Virus record (IMG/VR): IMGVR_UViG_3300036793_000045
Coordinates: 1-36,346 of that record
DNA length: 36,346 nucleotides
Direction: 5' to 3' (one strand)
Source: a virus
Lineage: Duplodnaviria; Caudoviricetes
The position numbers and the translations under genes are program-made. How positions within the stretch are numbered: the first letter of the stretch is position 1; each line of letters opens with the position of its first letter. The notes under the pieces are model-generated. The model ran no database searches. It was not told the DNA's origin and was given only the letters and a program-made list of their open reading frames with translations. Shown here piece after piece: positions 8,514 to 16,806 of this stretch.

Positions 8514-9086
8514 ATGATTACAAGCTCAGATGGCAAGATCGTGCGGCCGGGCGACATCGCTGCGGTCCGCACGTACGGCTGGGCCAGCGACCTGATCGCG
8601 ACCGGCGAGGAGGCCGCGTACTGGATCAGCTCGGCCGAGCGCAGGCGCAAGCGCAAGCAGGTCGGCAAGTGGACGCACGCGATCTTCTACATGGGCGGGC
8701 CGGAAGACCTGATCCTCGAAGCCGAATCCGGCGGGGCTCAGGTCCGGCCGTTCCACTACGCCACCAAGGACGTGCTGTGGTCGGCTGGCAGGCCAGCGCT
8801 CGACCTGACCCCGGCCCAGCGCGCAGGAGCCATGGCCGTTGGCTACCGGTACAAGGACGTCGGGTACAGCTTCCTGGACTACGAGGCCGTTGCGCTGCAC
8901 GCGCTCGGGCTCAAGGCCGACTGGCTGAAGGACTACATCGCCAGCACCAAGCACTGGATGTGCAGCGCTCTCACCGATCAGTGCAGGCTGGACCTCGGCT
9001 CGCACCTGTTCACCGACGAGCGCTGGCCTGGCTTCGTTGACCCGCTCGACATAGCCATCGTGATCAGCGAGAGCGCCCTCGCGTAG
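8514..9086 (+). CDS. Permuted papain-like NlpC/P60 enzyme (YiiX/YebB, peptidase C92-like)
   Basis: RPGDI, WTHAIFY (His), ILEA, GYSF, WMCSAL (Cys after His = permuted order); GGAGG RBS. Confidence 0.8.
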   Translation: MITSSDGKIVRPGDIAAVRTYGWASDLIATGEEAAYWISSAERRRKRKQVGKWTHAIFYMGGPEDLILEAESGGAQVRPFHYATKDVLWSAGRPALDLTPAQRAGAMAVGYRYKDVGYSFLDYEAVALHALGLKADWLKDYIASTKHWMCSALTDQCRLDLGSHLFTDERWPGFVDPLDIAIVISESALA

Positions 9087-9100
9087 TAGCTGGTCGCGAT

Positions 9101-9152
9101 AGAAAAGCGACCGCCCCGGCTGAGATCCTCGCGAGATGGCCGGGGCGGTCGC
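9101..9152. terminator. Intrinsic terminator-like hairpin
   Basis: 14-bp perfect stem 9107-9120/9139-9152; AGAAAA on the 5' side gives a U-tract on the minus strand. Confidence 0.6.
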
Positions 9153-9274
9153 ATCGGACCACCGAGACGGACCGGTAGCGCGCTTGTTGCGTATCTGTTA
9201 CCGTCCGATGATCAGGCTCTTTGCGGGACCGCCCCACGGTCCCGATCAGAGCGCCCTCTGGATCAAGGATACAG

Positions 9275-10453
9275 GTGCATAAGATCCTCGCGATGGTGGC
9301 AATTGCCATCACCGGCACACTGACAACAGGCGCAACGAGCGCGCAAGCCGTGGTACGTCATCACCTCATAGACGCCGCAACTGCCACTTCGGTTGCAAGC
9401 CCGTTCTACCTCAGGGCCCCGGCCCCAAACACGCTGGCATTCAGGGCCGCCGAGCTGCAGCGCCACTACCGGGTGCGCCTCGGCGACACGCTCGCCAGGA
9501 TCAGCAAGCGCGTCTACGGCACTCAGGCCGACTGGCCCCTGATCTGGGCCGCCAACGGGCGGCACAACCCGAACTTGATCACGACGAGCGACAGGCTCGT
9601 CATCCCGGCGCGACGGGCAGTATCTCCCCGATTGCTGCACGCCGCATATGCAGCAGCCGTGGCGGCCAGCTCTGGCCCGACCCCCCTGGGCCCTGGCCGC
9701 CCGGCTGCTGCTCCTGCCGGTCCTGCCGCCGCGCCTTCGCACTTCTCCGCCAGCGGCTTCGAGGGCTGCGTGATGGCAGCCGAGTCCGGCGGGGTGTCCA
9801 CGGCCTGGTATCCGGGCCACACTGACGGCTCGCTCCCTGGCTACAACAACCCGGTCGCTGAGGGCCTGTTCGGCTTTCTGCTCAGCACCTGGCGTGGCCT
9901 CGGGCTCGGCTACAGCGAGGGAGCGAGCTATGCCCCGGCCAGCGTCCAGATCCAGGGCTTCTGGAAGCTGTACCGTGAGGCGGGCACCTCGCCCTGGGTA
10001 AGCGATGGATGCGCGGGCGGCTCGACGGCCACGGTCTCCGCCACACTGATCAGCGCGCACCGCCACCTACACGGCTGGCGGAGGATGCGCCACCGCGCGA
10101 TGCGCTTCGCGGTCCGCCAGCGCGGCAAGCCGTATGAGTGGGGGCAGACCGGCCCCTACGGCTACGACTGCAGCGGGCTGGTGTACGCGGCTTACCACCA
10201 CGCCGGTCGCATCGGCAGGCGTCTGGGCCGCGACACCTACGACATGCTCGCTCAGGCTGGCGTCGTGCTCCGCCGGGTTACCCACCCCCGGCGCGGGGAT
10301 CTCGCCTTTTTCGGCACCGGTCATGTCGAGCTGTACGCGGGCCATTTCCGGGGCCACCGCTGGACCTTCGGCGCGCTGCAGTCGGGCACGCCGGTCGGCC
10401 GCCACATGATCACGCCATACTGGGGCCCGACCGCCTACTACGAGGTCATCTGA
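9275..10453 (+). CDS. Secreted peptidoglycan hydrolase: signal peptide + LysM + Rpf-like transglycosylase + NlpC/P60
   Basis: YRVRLGDTLARIS..WPLIWAAN..NPNLI (LysM); CVMAAESGG..GLFGFLLSTW..Q..G.SPW..C (Rpf/lysozyme-like); GKPYEWG..DCSGLV..GDLAFF..GHVELY (NlpC/P60); GTG start after AAGGA. Confidence 0.88.
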   Translation: MHKILAMVAIAITGTLTTGATSAQAVVRHHLIDAATATSVASPFYLRAPAPNTLAFRAAELQRHYRVRLGDTLARISKRVYGTQADWPLIWAANGRHNPNLITTSDRLVIPARRAVSPRLLHAAYAAAVAASSGPTPLGPGRPAAAPAGPAAAPSHFSASGFEGCVMAAESGGVSTAWYPGHTDGSLPGYNNPVAEGLFGFLLSTWRGLGLGYSEGASYAPASVQIQGFWKLYREAGTSPWVSDGCAGGSTATVSATLISAHRHLHGWRRMRHRAMRFAVRQRGKPYEWGQTGPYGYDCSGLVYAAYHHAGRIGRRLGRDTYDMLAQAGVVLRRVTHPRRGDLAFFGTGHVELYAGHFRGHRWTFGALQSGTPVGRHMITPYWGPTAYYEVI

Positions 10454-10461
10454 GGAGCGGC

Positions 10462-10731
10462 ATGGACTTCAGCGATGCGCTGCGCCAGTGCAAGAACGGC
10501 AACAAGATCAGCCGGACAGGCTGGAACGGGGCGGGCCAGTTCGTGGTCTACCAGGCGGGCTACCCCGACGGCATCGGGATCAACGCCAACACCGCTCGGG
10601 CCACCGGTTACCCCGAGGGCACGCTCTGCAGGTTCGCGCCGTACCTGATGATGCACAATTCACAGGGCGTCTTCGTGCCGTGGCTAGCCAGCCAGGGCGA
10701 CCTGCTGGCTGATGACTGGGTGCTGGTCTAG
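10462..10731 (+). CDS. tad2: Tad2-family (DUF2829) anti-defence nucleotide-signal sponge
   Basis: MDFSDAL..K.G.KISR.GWNG.GQFV ... PYLMM..SQG.FVPWLASQGDLLADDW is the DUF2829/Tad2 signature; GAGGAG RBS. Confidence 0.88.
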   Translation: MDFSDALRQCKNGNKISRTGWNGAGQFVVYQAGYPDGIGINANTARATGYPEGTLCRFAPYLMMHNSQGVFVPWLASQGDLLADDWVLV

Positions 10732-10767
10732 GCTCGGGACCGCTACGTAGCAGCTCGACAGAAAGGC

Positions 10768-11262
10768 ATGCCCGTGACTTCACCTGACCCGGCTGGCGAC
10801 TGGACACCGCCAGCCGACCCGGCTCCTACCGAGGCAGCCGCCCCGGTAGAGGCCCCGCCAGCTCCGGACCCTGCTGCACCGCCTGTCACCACCGGACCGG
10901 TTGCCGAGGCACCGGCCGACCCTCCCGTGCCCGCTGCCGACCCCACGCCGGTCGCCCCCTCGAACGAGGGCGGTGAAGCAGACCAGGTAGCCGTAACCGC
11001 CCCGGCTCCGGCGGACCCTACCCCCGCTGGGTCTGGCGCTGAGCCAGCTCCGGTGCCGCCGATGGTGACCACGGCCAGCAACGCGGTCACCACTACGCCC
11101 GAGCACAGTGCCCGGACCGCAGCGGCCAAGGCCTTCCACATCCTCGGGCACATCGCTGATGCCTGCCGCGAGGTCCAGGCCGAGCTGCAGAAGCACGTCC
11201 CGCCGGAGGTGCTCGCCGCAGCCGAGGCCGAGGCTATGGTCCTGTTCAGGTCGCTGATCTAA
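10768..11262 (+). CDS. Pro/Ala-rich disordered protein with helical C-terminus
   Basis: Degenerate PADP repeats; GAAAGG RBS. Confidence 0.7.
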   Translation: MPVTSPDPAGDWTPPADPAPTEAAAPVEAPPAPDPAAPPVTTGPVAEAPADPPVPAADPTPVAPSNEGGEADQVAVTAPAPADPTPAGSGAEPAPVPPMVTTASNAVTTTPEHSARTAAAKAFHILGHIADACREVQAELQKHVPPEVLAAAEAEAMVLFRSLI

Positions 11263-11271
11263 CCTGGGCGC

Positions 11272-11553
11272 ATGACCACACCGGCCCAGGGCGTCTTTAC
11301 CGGGCAGCTCCCCTACGTGCCGCCAGTGCTGATGGTGGCGAACGTCGAGCTGTACCAGGCGACCTGGGCCGGTCGTCTGCCCAACGTCCAGCCCGGCAGC
11401 CTGTTCTGGGCTAGTGGCCGGGACGCGGTCAACCTGCGGAACAACGGGTACGCCAGAGACGCGCCGCCGGGCAGCTACCTGCTTCCCGAGCCCCCTTACA
11501 CTGCATACGGATCCCCCGGCGTCGGAGCCGGGGTAAGCAACTGCAGCCACTGA
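11272..11553 (+). CDS. Hypothetical protein, possibly leaderless
   Basis: TAACCT 6 nt upstream of ATG; no RBS. Confidence 0.65.
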   Translation: MTTPAQGVFTGQLPYVPPVLMVANVELYQATWAGRLPNVQPGSLFWASGRDAVNLRNNGYARDAPPGSYLLPEPPYTAYGSPGVGAGVSNCSH

Positions 11554-11564
11554 GGGAGACGGTC

Positions 11565-11717
11565 ATGGACGAAGTCGGCAAGAGCGTGCGGCAGCACATG
11601 GGGGCGGTCGAGGCCGTGTTCCACGCGGTCATGCTCATGTTCACCTGCGGTGTCTGGTACCCGGTGTACCGGCACCGCAAGAACGAGATCAAGCGCACCA
11701 CCCGGCATTACAGCTAG
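11565..11717 (+). CDS. 50-aa membrane peptide
   Basis: MDEVGKSVRQHMGAVEAVFHAVMLMFTCGVWYPVYRHRKNEIKRTTRHYS; GAGGGAG RBS; below the ORF-track cutoff. Confidence 0.65.
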   Translation: MDEVGKSVRQHMGAVEAVFHAVMLMFTCGVWYPVYRHRKNEIKRTTRHYS

Positions 11718-11863
11718 GGGGAATAGCCGCACCACCTAGCTTGTTTACACAATCGCAGGGCCGCGAGGGACATGCGACCGGAGCGCAGAACACCGAAAGC
11801 GGTAGCTCCAACGACTCGCTTCCAGCGCGGTCCTGCCTCAAGATCCAGCCGAGGGAGAAGATC

Positions 11864-12529
11864 ATGGCAAGGAAGCGGCCGACTGCGGCCAGGCTCCGCA
11901 CGCTCACCCCGTTGTCGGTTGACAACGAGGCCGCCAACGGCGCGAGGTACTGGGCAGACCTGCCCGAGGGCGCGCGGGTAACGGCGTTCGACGCCGTCGA
12001 TGAGACCGGCCGGTCGGTGTACGTCCGGCTGAACATGTCGCAGTACGCGGGCGAGACCGCCCCGGACATCGCGGCGATGAGGCTGCTGGGCAACCGGCTG
12101 CTCGAAGCGGCCGACCAGCGGGAGAAGTCGGTAGCTCGCAAGGCCAGGTCCCTGAAGCGGGCCGAGGAAGCCGAGGCTCAGTGGGCGGCCGAGATCGGCG
12201 TGCATCCGGCCGACCTGAGGGATGCGCTTACACCCAAGGGAGAAGATCGTGAGCGCGCTGCAATCGTGCTGCACGCTAGCCGCGACACTGTCGAGAGGTA
12301 CCTGCCCGCTAACTACAGCATCCGTACCAATCTGGTCGTTGAGGATGGCCGCATCGGCATCCTGGTCGCGGGCAAGGACGATCACGGCTGGACTCTGGAC
12401 GGCTACGTCATCCCGCGTCTGGCCAGCGGCCTGATCCCTGCCTACGAGTGCGACCCGGACACGGGCGCGCGGCTGTGCACATTCGCCACAGACGGCATCG
12501 CTTGCAAGTGCCCGGACCACACCGACTAA
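11864..12529 (+). CDS. Hypothetical protein, probable fusion of two small phage genes
   Basis: Start in AGGGAGAAGATCATG; C-terminal half has RYLPANY..G.D..GWTLDGYVIPRLASGL, which I recall from stand-alone actinophage proteins. Confidence 0.7.
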   Translation: MARKRPTAARLRTLTPLSVDNEAANGARYWADLPEGARVTAFDAVDETGRSVYVRLNMSQYAGETAPDIAAMRLLGNRLLEAADQREKSVARKARSLKRAEEAEAQWAAEIGVHPADLRDALTPKGEDRERAAIVLHASRDTVERYLPANYSIRTNLVVEDGRIGILVAGKDDHGWTLDGYVIPRLASGLIPAYECDPDTGARLCTFATDGIACKCPDHTD

Positions 12530-12769
12530 CAGCCCGCTAGGACCCTCTCGAAGTACCGGGCCGCCTCTACTCGCGTGGCCGCGTGAGCAAGCCACCGTCC
12601 CGGCAACCGGAGCACCACTGGCCGCCATGCGATGTAACCGCCGGACAGATCCGGCGGGACGCACCTCGACTGCTATGCAGGATCTCTGCCCGTACTGGCG
12701 GATTGCGGTGGGAGGGCTACGAGGCCCGGATCTGGACGGAAGCCCAGGTCCGGGCCTCATACTGTCATC

Positions 12770-13105
12770 ATGTACCACCACACGATCTGGTCCTGGGCCT
12801 GGTGGGTCCACATGCAGGGCTGGGACTACGGCGCGCACTACGGGCACATCGTGCCCTACGACCCGTGGTCCGGCTCGATCTCGGACTACGGGCTTGTTGC
12901 CGCAGCGGGCGCGCTCGGCGCGCACACCGTCGTTCTGTGGAAAGCGCACACCTGTCACCGATACTGGTGGTGCTGGCGTTCCCCCAAGTACCAGCTCGGC
13001 GACTCCCCCCACATGCTCTGCGGCGTCCATCACCCGGACGAGCACAAGAGCGTGTCAGAGGCCGTGGCCGCTTACGAGGCAGACAAGGAGCTGACCAATG
13101 CCTAG
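12770..13105 (+). CDS. Trp/His/Cys-rich probable membrane protein
   Basis: WSG..SD.G hydrophobic stretch then HxCH..CWR..C..HHP; overlaps the terS start. Confidence 0.65.
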   Translation: MYHHTIWSWAWWVHMQGWDYGAHYGHIVPYDPWSGSISDYGLVAAAGALGAHTVVLWKAHTCHRYWWCWRSPKYQLGDSPHMLCGVHHPDEHKSVSEAVAAYEADKELTNA

Positions 13106-13844
13106 CCCCAAGGGCAAGCGGAACTTTCCGTGGGAGGGCTCGGACCTGTGCGACGGCAAGTCCGCCACCGGGCAGCCCTGCGGCAACTTCGAGATCGAGG
13201 GGCTCGGCAAGTGCATGCACCATGTACCGATCGAGCTGCTGGCCGAGGCTGAGGAAACCACCGGGATCATCCGCTGCCGCCACCCGCAGGATGGCGGCGA
13301 CATCTGCAGCATGTTCGCCACCAAGGGCACTGACCCGCCGCGCTGCAAGGTGCACGGGGCCAACTCAGGCTCGGTGATCTCCAAGCGAGCTGCCGCCAAC
13401 GTGATCGAGGGTGAGGTGCAAGAGCGCTTCGCGAAGATCATGAGCGAGAACGGTGACAGGCTGCTCGACCCGCCCGTGCTGGCCGACCCGCTCAGCGAGC
13501 TGCTGACGGTCTGCGCCGAGATGAAGGTGCTCAAGAACCTGCTCCGTGACCGCGTCTCGGTCATGAACGTGGCCGAGTGGGGCACCTACTCCAAGGCCGA
13601 GGAAGTGCAGATCCGGGCCGAGGTGGTCCTGTACGAGCGGGCACTGGAGCGGCTGGCGACCTGCCTGATCAACATCATCAAGCTCGGCATCGAAGACCGG
13701 CTGGCGACGATCGAGAAGAAGCAGGTCCAGCAGATCGAGCAGGCCCTGGTCCTGGCCCTGGAGGCCAGCGGCAGCGACCTCGACGGTCAGGCCAGGGCCC
13801 GTAAGGTGCTGATCCGCGAGCTGGTCGCTGCGGAGGAGTCATGA
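13098..13844 (+). CDS. Probable terminase small subunit (Zn-binding HGG-like N-terminus, helical C-terminus)
   Basis: C..H motifs (KCMHH, RCKVHGA); directly upstream of TerL; AAGGAG RBS. Confidence 0.65.
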   Translation: MPSPKGKRNFPWEGSDLCDGKSATGQPCGNFEIEGLGKCMHHVPIELLAEAEETTGIIRCRHPQDGGDICSMFATKGTDPPRCKVHGANSGSVISKRAAANVIEGEVQERFAKIMSENGDRLLDPPVLADPLSELLTVCAEMKVLKNLLRDRVSVMNVAEWGTYSKAEEVQIRAEVVLYERALERLATCLINIIKLGIEDRLATIEKKQVQQIEQALVLALEASGSDLDGQARARKVLIRELVAAEES

Positions 13845-13923
13845 AACGGCACAACGGGGCTTACTACCTGATAGGCGCGGCGTGGGTGACCGGGACAGGC
13901 GGTCCGTGCGCAACCAGTGAGCG

Positions 13924-15516
13924 ATGGGTGTTCTAGCCGCCGTAGCCAGCGGGCTGAAGACCGGGCTAGCTGACCCCAGGATTGTCTGGCGTGACAAGGC
14001 CCGGCCCGAGCAGCTCCTGCCCGGCGGCCAGTGGCGCGTCTGGTACCTGCAGGGAGGCCGTGGCTCGGGCAAGACCCGGTCCGGGGCTGGCGCGCTCGGT
14101 GAGTGGATCCTGAGCGACACCGACGGCGAGGGCGAGTACGGGATTATCGCGCCGACCTACGCCGACGCCTGGACCAAGTGCGTCGAGGGCGAGTCCGGCC
14201 TGCTCCGCGCGCTCGGCACCTCGATGGCTGAGATCAAGGACCACCGGTCGGCCACGGTCCGCAGTGCGTGGCGCACCTACGGCCAGGTCGTCATGCGCAA
14301 CGGCATCGTGGTCTACATCGACTCAGCGGCTGAGGGCGGCCTGCGGATCCAGGGCCGCAACCTCAAGGGCGCATGGTGCGACGAGATCGGGCTGTGGGAG
14401 AAGTGGGAGACGGCCTGGGGCGAGTCGCTGAAGTACGCGGTCCGCATGGGCCGCTCGCGCATCATCTGCACCGGCACCCCGAAGGCTTCCAGGCCAGCCC
14501 GCAAGCTGATCCGCAGCTTTATCCGCAACGAGCCCGAGCACGGCGGCGTGGTCACCACCAAGCTGCGCACGGTGGACAACGCGGCCAACCTGTCCGAGGA
14601 GTTCTACCGGGCCGTGGTCGGCGCGGCCAAGGGCACCAGGCTGGAGCGCCAGGAGCTTGAAGGCGACCTGCTCGATGACGTCGCCAACGCGCTGTGGACC
14701 CGCGACATCCTGGAAAAGATCCAGTGCCCCGGCGTCGGTCAGCCGGGCGGGCCAGCCGAGCTGATAAGGCCGGTTATCGGCGTTGACCCCTCGGACGGCT
14801 CGGAGGAGAGCGACGAGCAGGCCTACACCGTGGCCGGGCTGTACCCGGCCGGTGATCCGCGCATCTACGTGGCCGAGAGCTGGGGCGGGCAGGAGGCCCC
14901 GGCGCTGTTCGCCCGGCGCGTCATCAGGCGGGCTGCCGAGATAGGCGCGACGATCATCGTGGAGAAGAACCACGGCGGCAAGTGGCTGGAGACGGTCTTC
15001 GCCCAGGTTCGCAAGGACGAGCACCTGACCGGCGTGCCGGTCCGCGTCATCCACGCCAGCCAGGCCAAGCGCACCCGCGCCGAGCCCGTCAGCGCGCTGT
15101 ACGAGCGCAACTACGGCCAGACGGTGTTCCACGCCGGGGGCCCGTTCGTTGACCTCGAAGACCAGATGGCCACGTTCACCGGGGCGCAGGGCGAGCGCAG
15201 CCCGGACCGGCTCGACTCGCTGGTCTGGGCGATCACGCCCTACCTCAACCTGACGTTCGGGCCGATAGTCAAGCCAGCCGTGCAGCAGTGGGCAGCCGGG
15301 CGTGAGCTGGAAGACATCGCGGTCAGCCACGAGCGGATGGCCCACCGACGGCTGGCAGGAGCCCATGGCGGCGCGTACCGGTCCGAGGAGTGGGACCTGG
15401 ACAGCTTTGCCCCGCACGCTCCGGACGACGAGCCCGGTGCCTACGAGGACGACGGCAAGCTGAGCACGGCGGTCAAGCCCGAGCGCAGCGCACCGTCGGT
15501 ACACGAGTGGAGGTGA
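13924..15516 (+). CDS. terL: Terminase large subunit
   Basis: Q motif (RPEQ), Walker A GGRGSGKT, Walker B WCDE, TGTP coupling motif, nuclease IGVDP, VEKNHGG, KRTRAEP, SPDRLD. Confidence 0.95.
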   Translation: MGVLAAVASGLKTGLADPRIVWRDKARPEQLLPGGQWRVWYLQGGRGSGKTRSGAGALGEWILSDTDGEGEYGIIAPTYADAWTKCVEGESGLLRALGTSMAEIKDHRSATVRSAWRTYGQVVMRNGIVVYIDSAAEGGLRIQGRNLKGAWCDEIGLWEKWETAWGESLKYAVRMGRSRIICTGTPKASRPARKLIRSFIRNEPEHGGVVTTKLRTVDNAANLSEEFYRAVVGAAKGTRLERQELEGDLLDDVANALWTRDILEKIQCPGVGQPGGPAELIRPVIGVDPSDGSEESDEQAYTVAGLYPAGDPRIYVAESWGGQEAPALFARRVIRRAAEIGATIIVEKNHGGKWLETVFAQVRKDEHLTGVPVRVIHASQAKRTRAEPVSALYERNYGQTVFHAGGPFVDLEDQMATFTGAQGERSPDRLDSLVWAITPYLNLTFGPIVKPAVQQWAAGRELEDIAVSHERMAHRRLAGAHGGAYRSEEWDLDSFAPHAPDDEPGAYEDDGKLSTAVKPERSAPSVHEWR

Positions 15517-15597
15517 CTTGGATCACTGCGGTTGTTGTCAGAGTCATCGCGGTGCCTGCTGTATGCTGAGACCACGACTATCAAGGTGAAAGTCGTG

Positions 15598-15912
15598 ATG
15601 GAGAGGGAGAAGATGAGGAAGACAGCAGCAACCTCGGAAACCCCCGTCGGGGACATGCTGAAGCAGATGATCCGCGACGGGATCAAAGGAGGCGGCTGGA
15701 GCAGCCGCACCATCGCCGCTGAGATGCGGCGCATCGGGCACCCAGGGTGGAAAGACGAGACCCCGTGGGCCCTTTCCAGGCCGGACTCGCGCCAGATCAC
15801 CGTGGATGAGGCAACAGCTTTGCTGGGCATCTTCGGCGGCAAGGCCCGGCAGGTCATCACCAGGGTCGAGGAGCTGACCCAGATGATCGCCCAGCAGAAG
15901 CCCGGCAGGTAA
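15598..15912 (+). CDS. XRE-like HTH regulator
   Basis: GWSSRTIAAEMRRIG.. R.ITVDEA.AL..IFG; start at 15598 or 15613. Confidence 0.6.
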   Translation: MEREKMRKTAATSETPVGDMLKQMIRDGIKGGGWSSRTIAAEMRRIGHPGWKDETPWALSRPDSRQITVDEATALLGIFGGKARQVITRVEELTQMIAQQKPGR

Positions 15913-15918
15913 CCCGCC

Positions 15919-16746
15919 ATGAGAGCACCAGATCCAGAGTTCAAGATCGTCAATGTCACACCCGAGATGGCAGCCGACTGGCTCGGACGTAAGAGGCCGA
16001 ACCGCCCGCTCCGCCAGCGAGTAGTAAGCAAGATCCAGCGGGACATCGAGGCAGGTAACTGGAGGATGACCGGAGACGCCATCAAGTTCGGGTCTGACGG
16101 CCTGCTTGATGACGGGCAGCACCGGCTCGCGGCCATCGTTGCCAGCGAGAAGACAGTTCCCTGCCTCGTGATGACGGGGCTGGGCCCGGATGCACGGCAC
16201 CTGGTAGACACAGGGACGCCGCGTAAGTACGGCGACATGCTCGCCATGGGCGGGTACTCCGAGTCTCAGGGCCTGGCCGCGCTGACCAAGCGCATGTGGC
16301 ACTGGGAGCGCGGGGACTACGTGGTCAGAGGGATCAGGACGGTGCCCTCGACCAGTGAGCTGGACGCTTACCTGGCCGAGAACCTCGATGACCTCCAGCA
16401 CGCTGTCAAGTGGTCCCGGCCGGTCTACAAGGACACCAGGATCAGTCCCACAAGCCTGGCCTCGATCCAGATCGTGCTGAACCGGAGCAAGCACAGCGAC
16501 AAGGCGCACCGGTTCCTGGATGGCTGGATCACCGGTATCAGCCTGGAGGCGGGCAGCCCGATTCTGGCCCTGCGCAACAGGCTGATCAAGAACGATTCCG
16601 AGCCCAAGACAGTCCGGATCGCGCAGGACGACCGGGTCGGCCTGGCTTACGCAGCCTGGCGCAATTTCGTCCAGGGGACCAAGGTCTCCACGCTTAACAT
16701 CCCTACCGGGGGATTCACCAAGAGGAACTTCCCCGTACCGGATTAG
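15919..16746 (+). CDS. ParB-like (ParB/Srx N-terminal fold) phage DNA-binding protein
   Basis: VTPEMAADWL..NRPL..G.W...GDAIKF..DG.L.DGQHRL.AIV ... DTG..R. Confidence 0.8.
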   Translation: MRAPDPEFKIVNVTPEMAADWLGRKRPNRPLRQRVVSKIQRDIEAGNWRMTGDAIKFGSDGLLDDGQHRLAAIVASEKTVPCLVMTGLGPDARHLVDTGTPRKYGDMLAMGGYSESQGLAALTKRMWHWERGDYVVRGIRTVPSTSELDAYLAENLDDLQHAVKWSRPVYKDTRISPTSLASIQIVLNRSKHSDKAHRFLDGWITGISLEAGSPILALRNRLIKNDSEPKTVRIAQDDRVGLAYAAWRNFVQGTKVSTLNIPTGGFTKRNFPVPD

Positions 16747-16764
16747 AACGCTCAGGATCGACGC

Positions 16765-16806
16765 CGATCGCGCCATGGCCGTACTCTCTTGACCATGGCG
16801 CGATCG
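16765..16806. promoter_or_regulatory. 14-bp inverted repeat enclosing a -10-like hexamer at the portal start
   Basis: CGATCGCGCCATGG (16765-16778) / CCATGGCGCGATCG (16793-16806); TACTCT at 16782-16787. Confidence 0.5.

Noticed and set aside
9153-9274. c-di-AMP (ydaO) riboswitch upstream of the Rpf/NlpC gene
   Set aside because: Expected for actinobacterial rpf genes, but the conserved GCCGAAUCC and GGAACGGGGGA..CC elements are not present; only a simple hairpin
10768-11100. DNA tandem repeat in the Pro/Ala-rich gene
   Set aside because: Only low-complexity PADP-type peptide similarity; no regular DNA period
13841-13936. 31-codon ORF (MKRHNGAYYLIG...) coupled to the terS stop
   Set aside because: ATGA overlap and GGAGGAG upstream, but very short, overlaps the terL start, and no motif support; left uncalled
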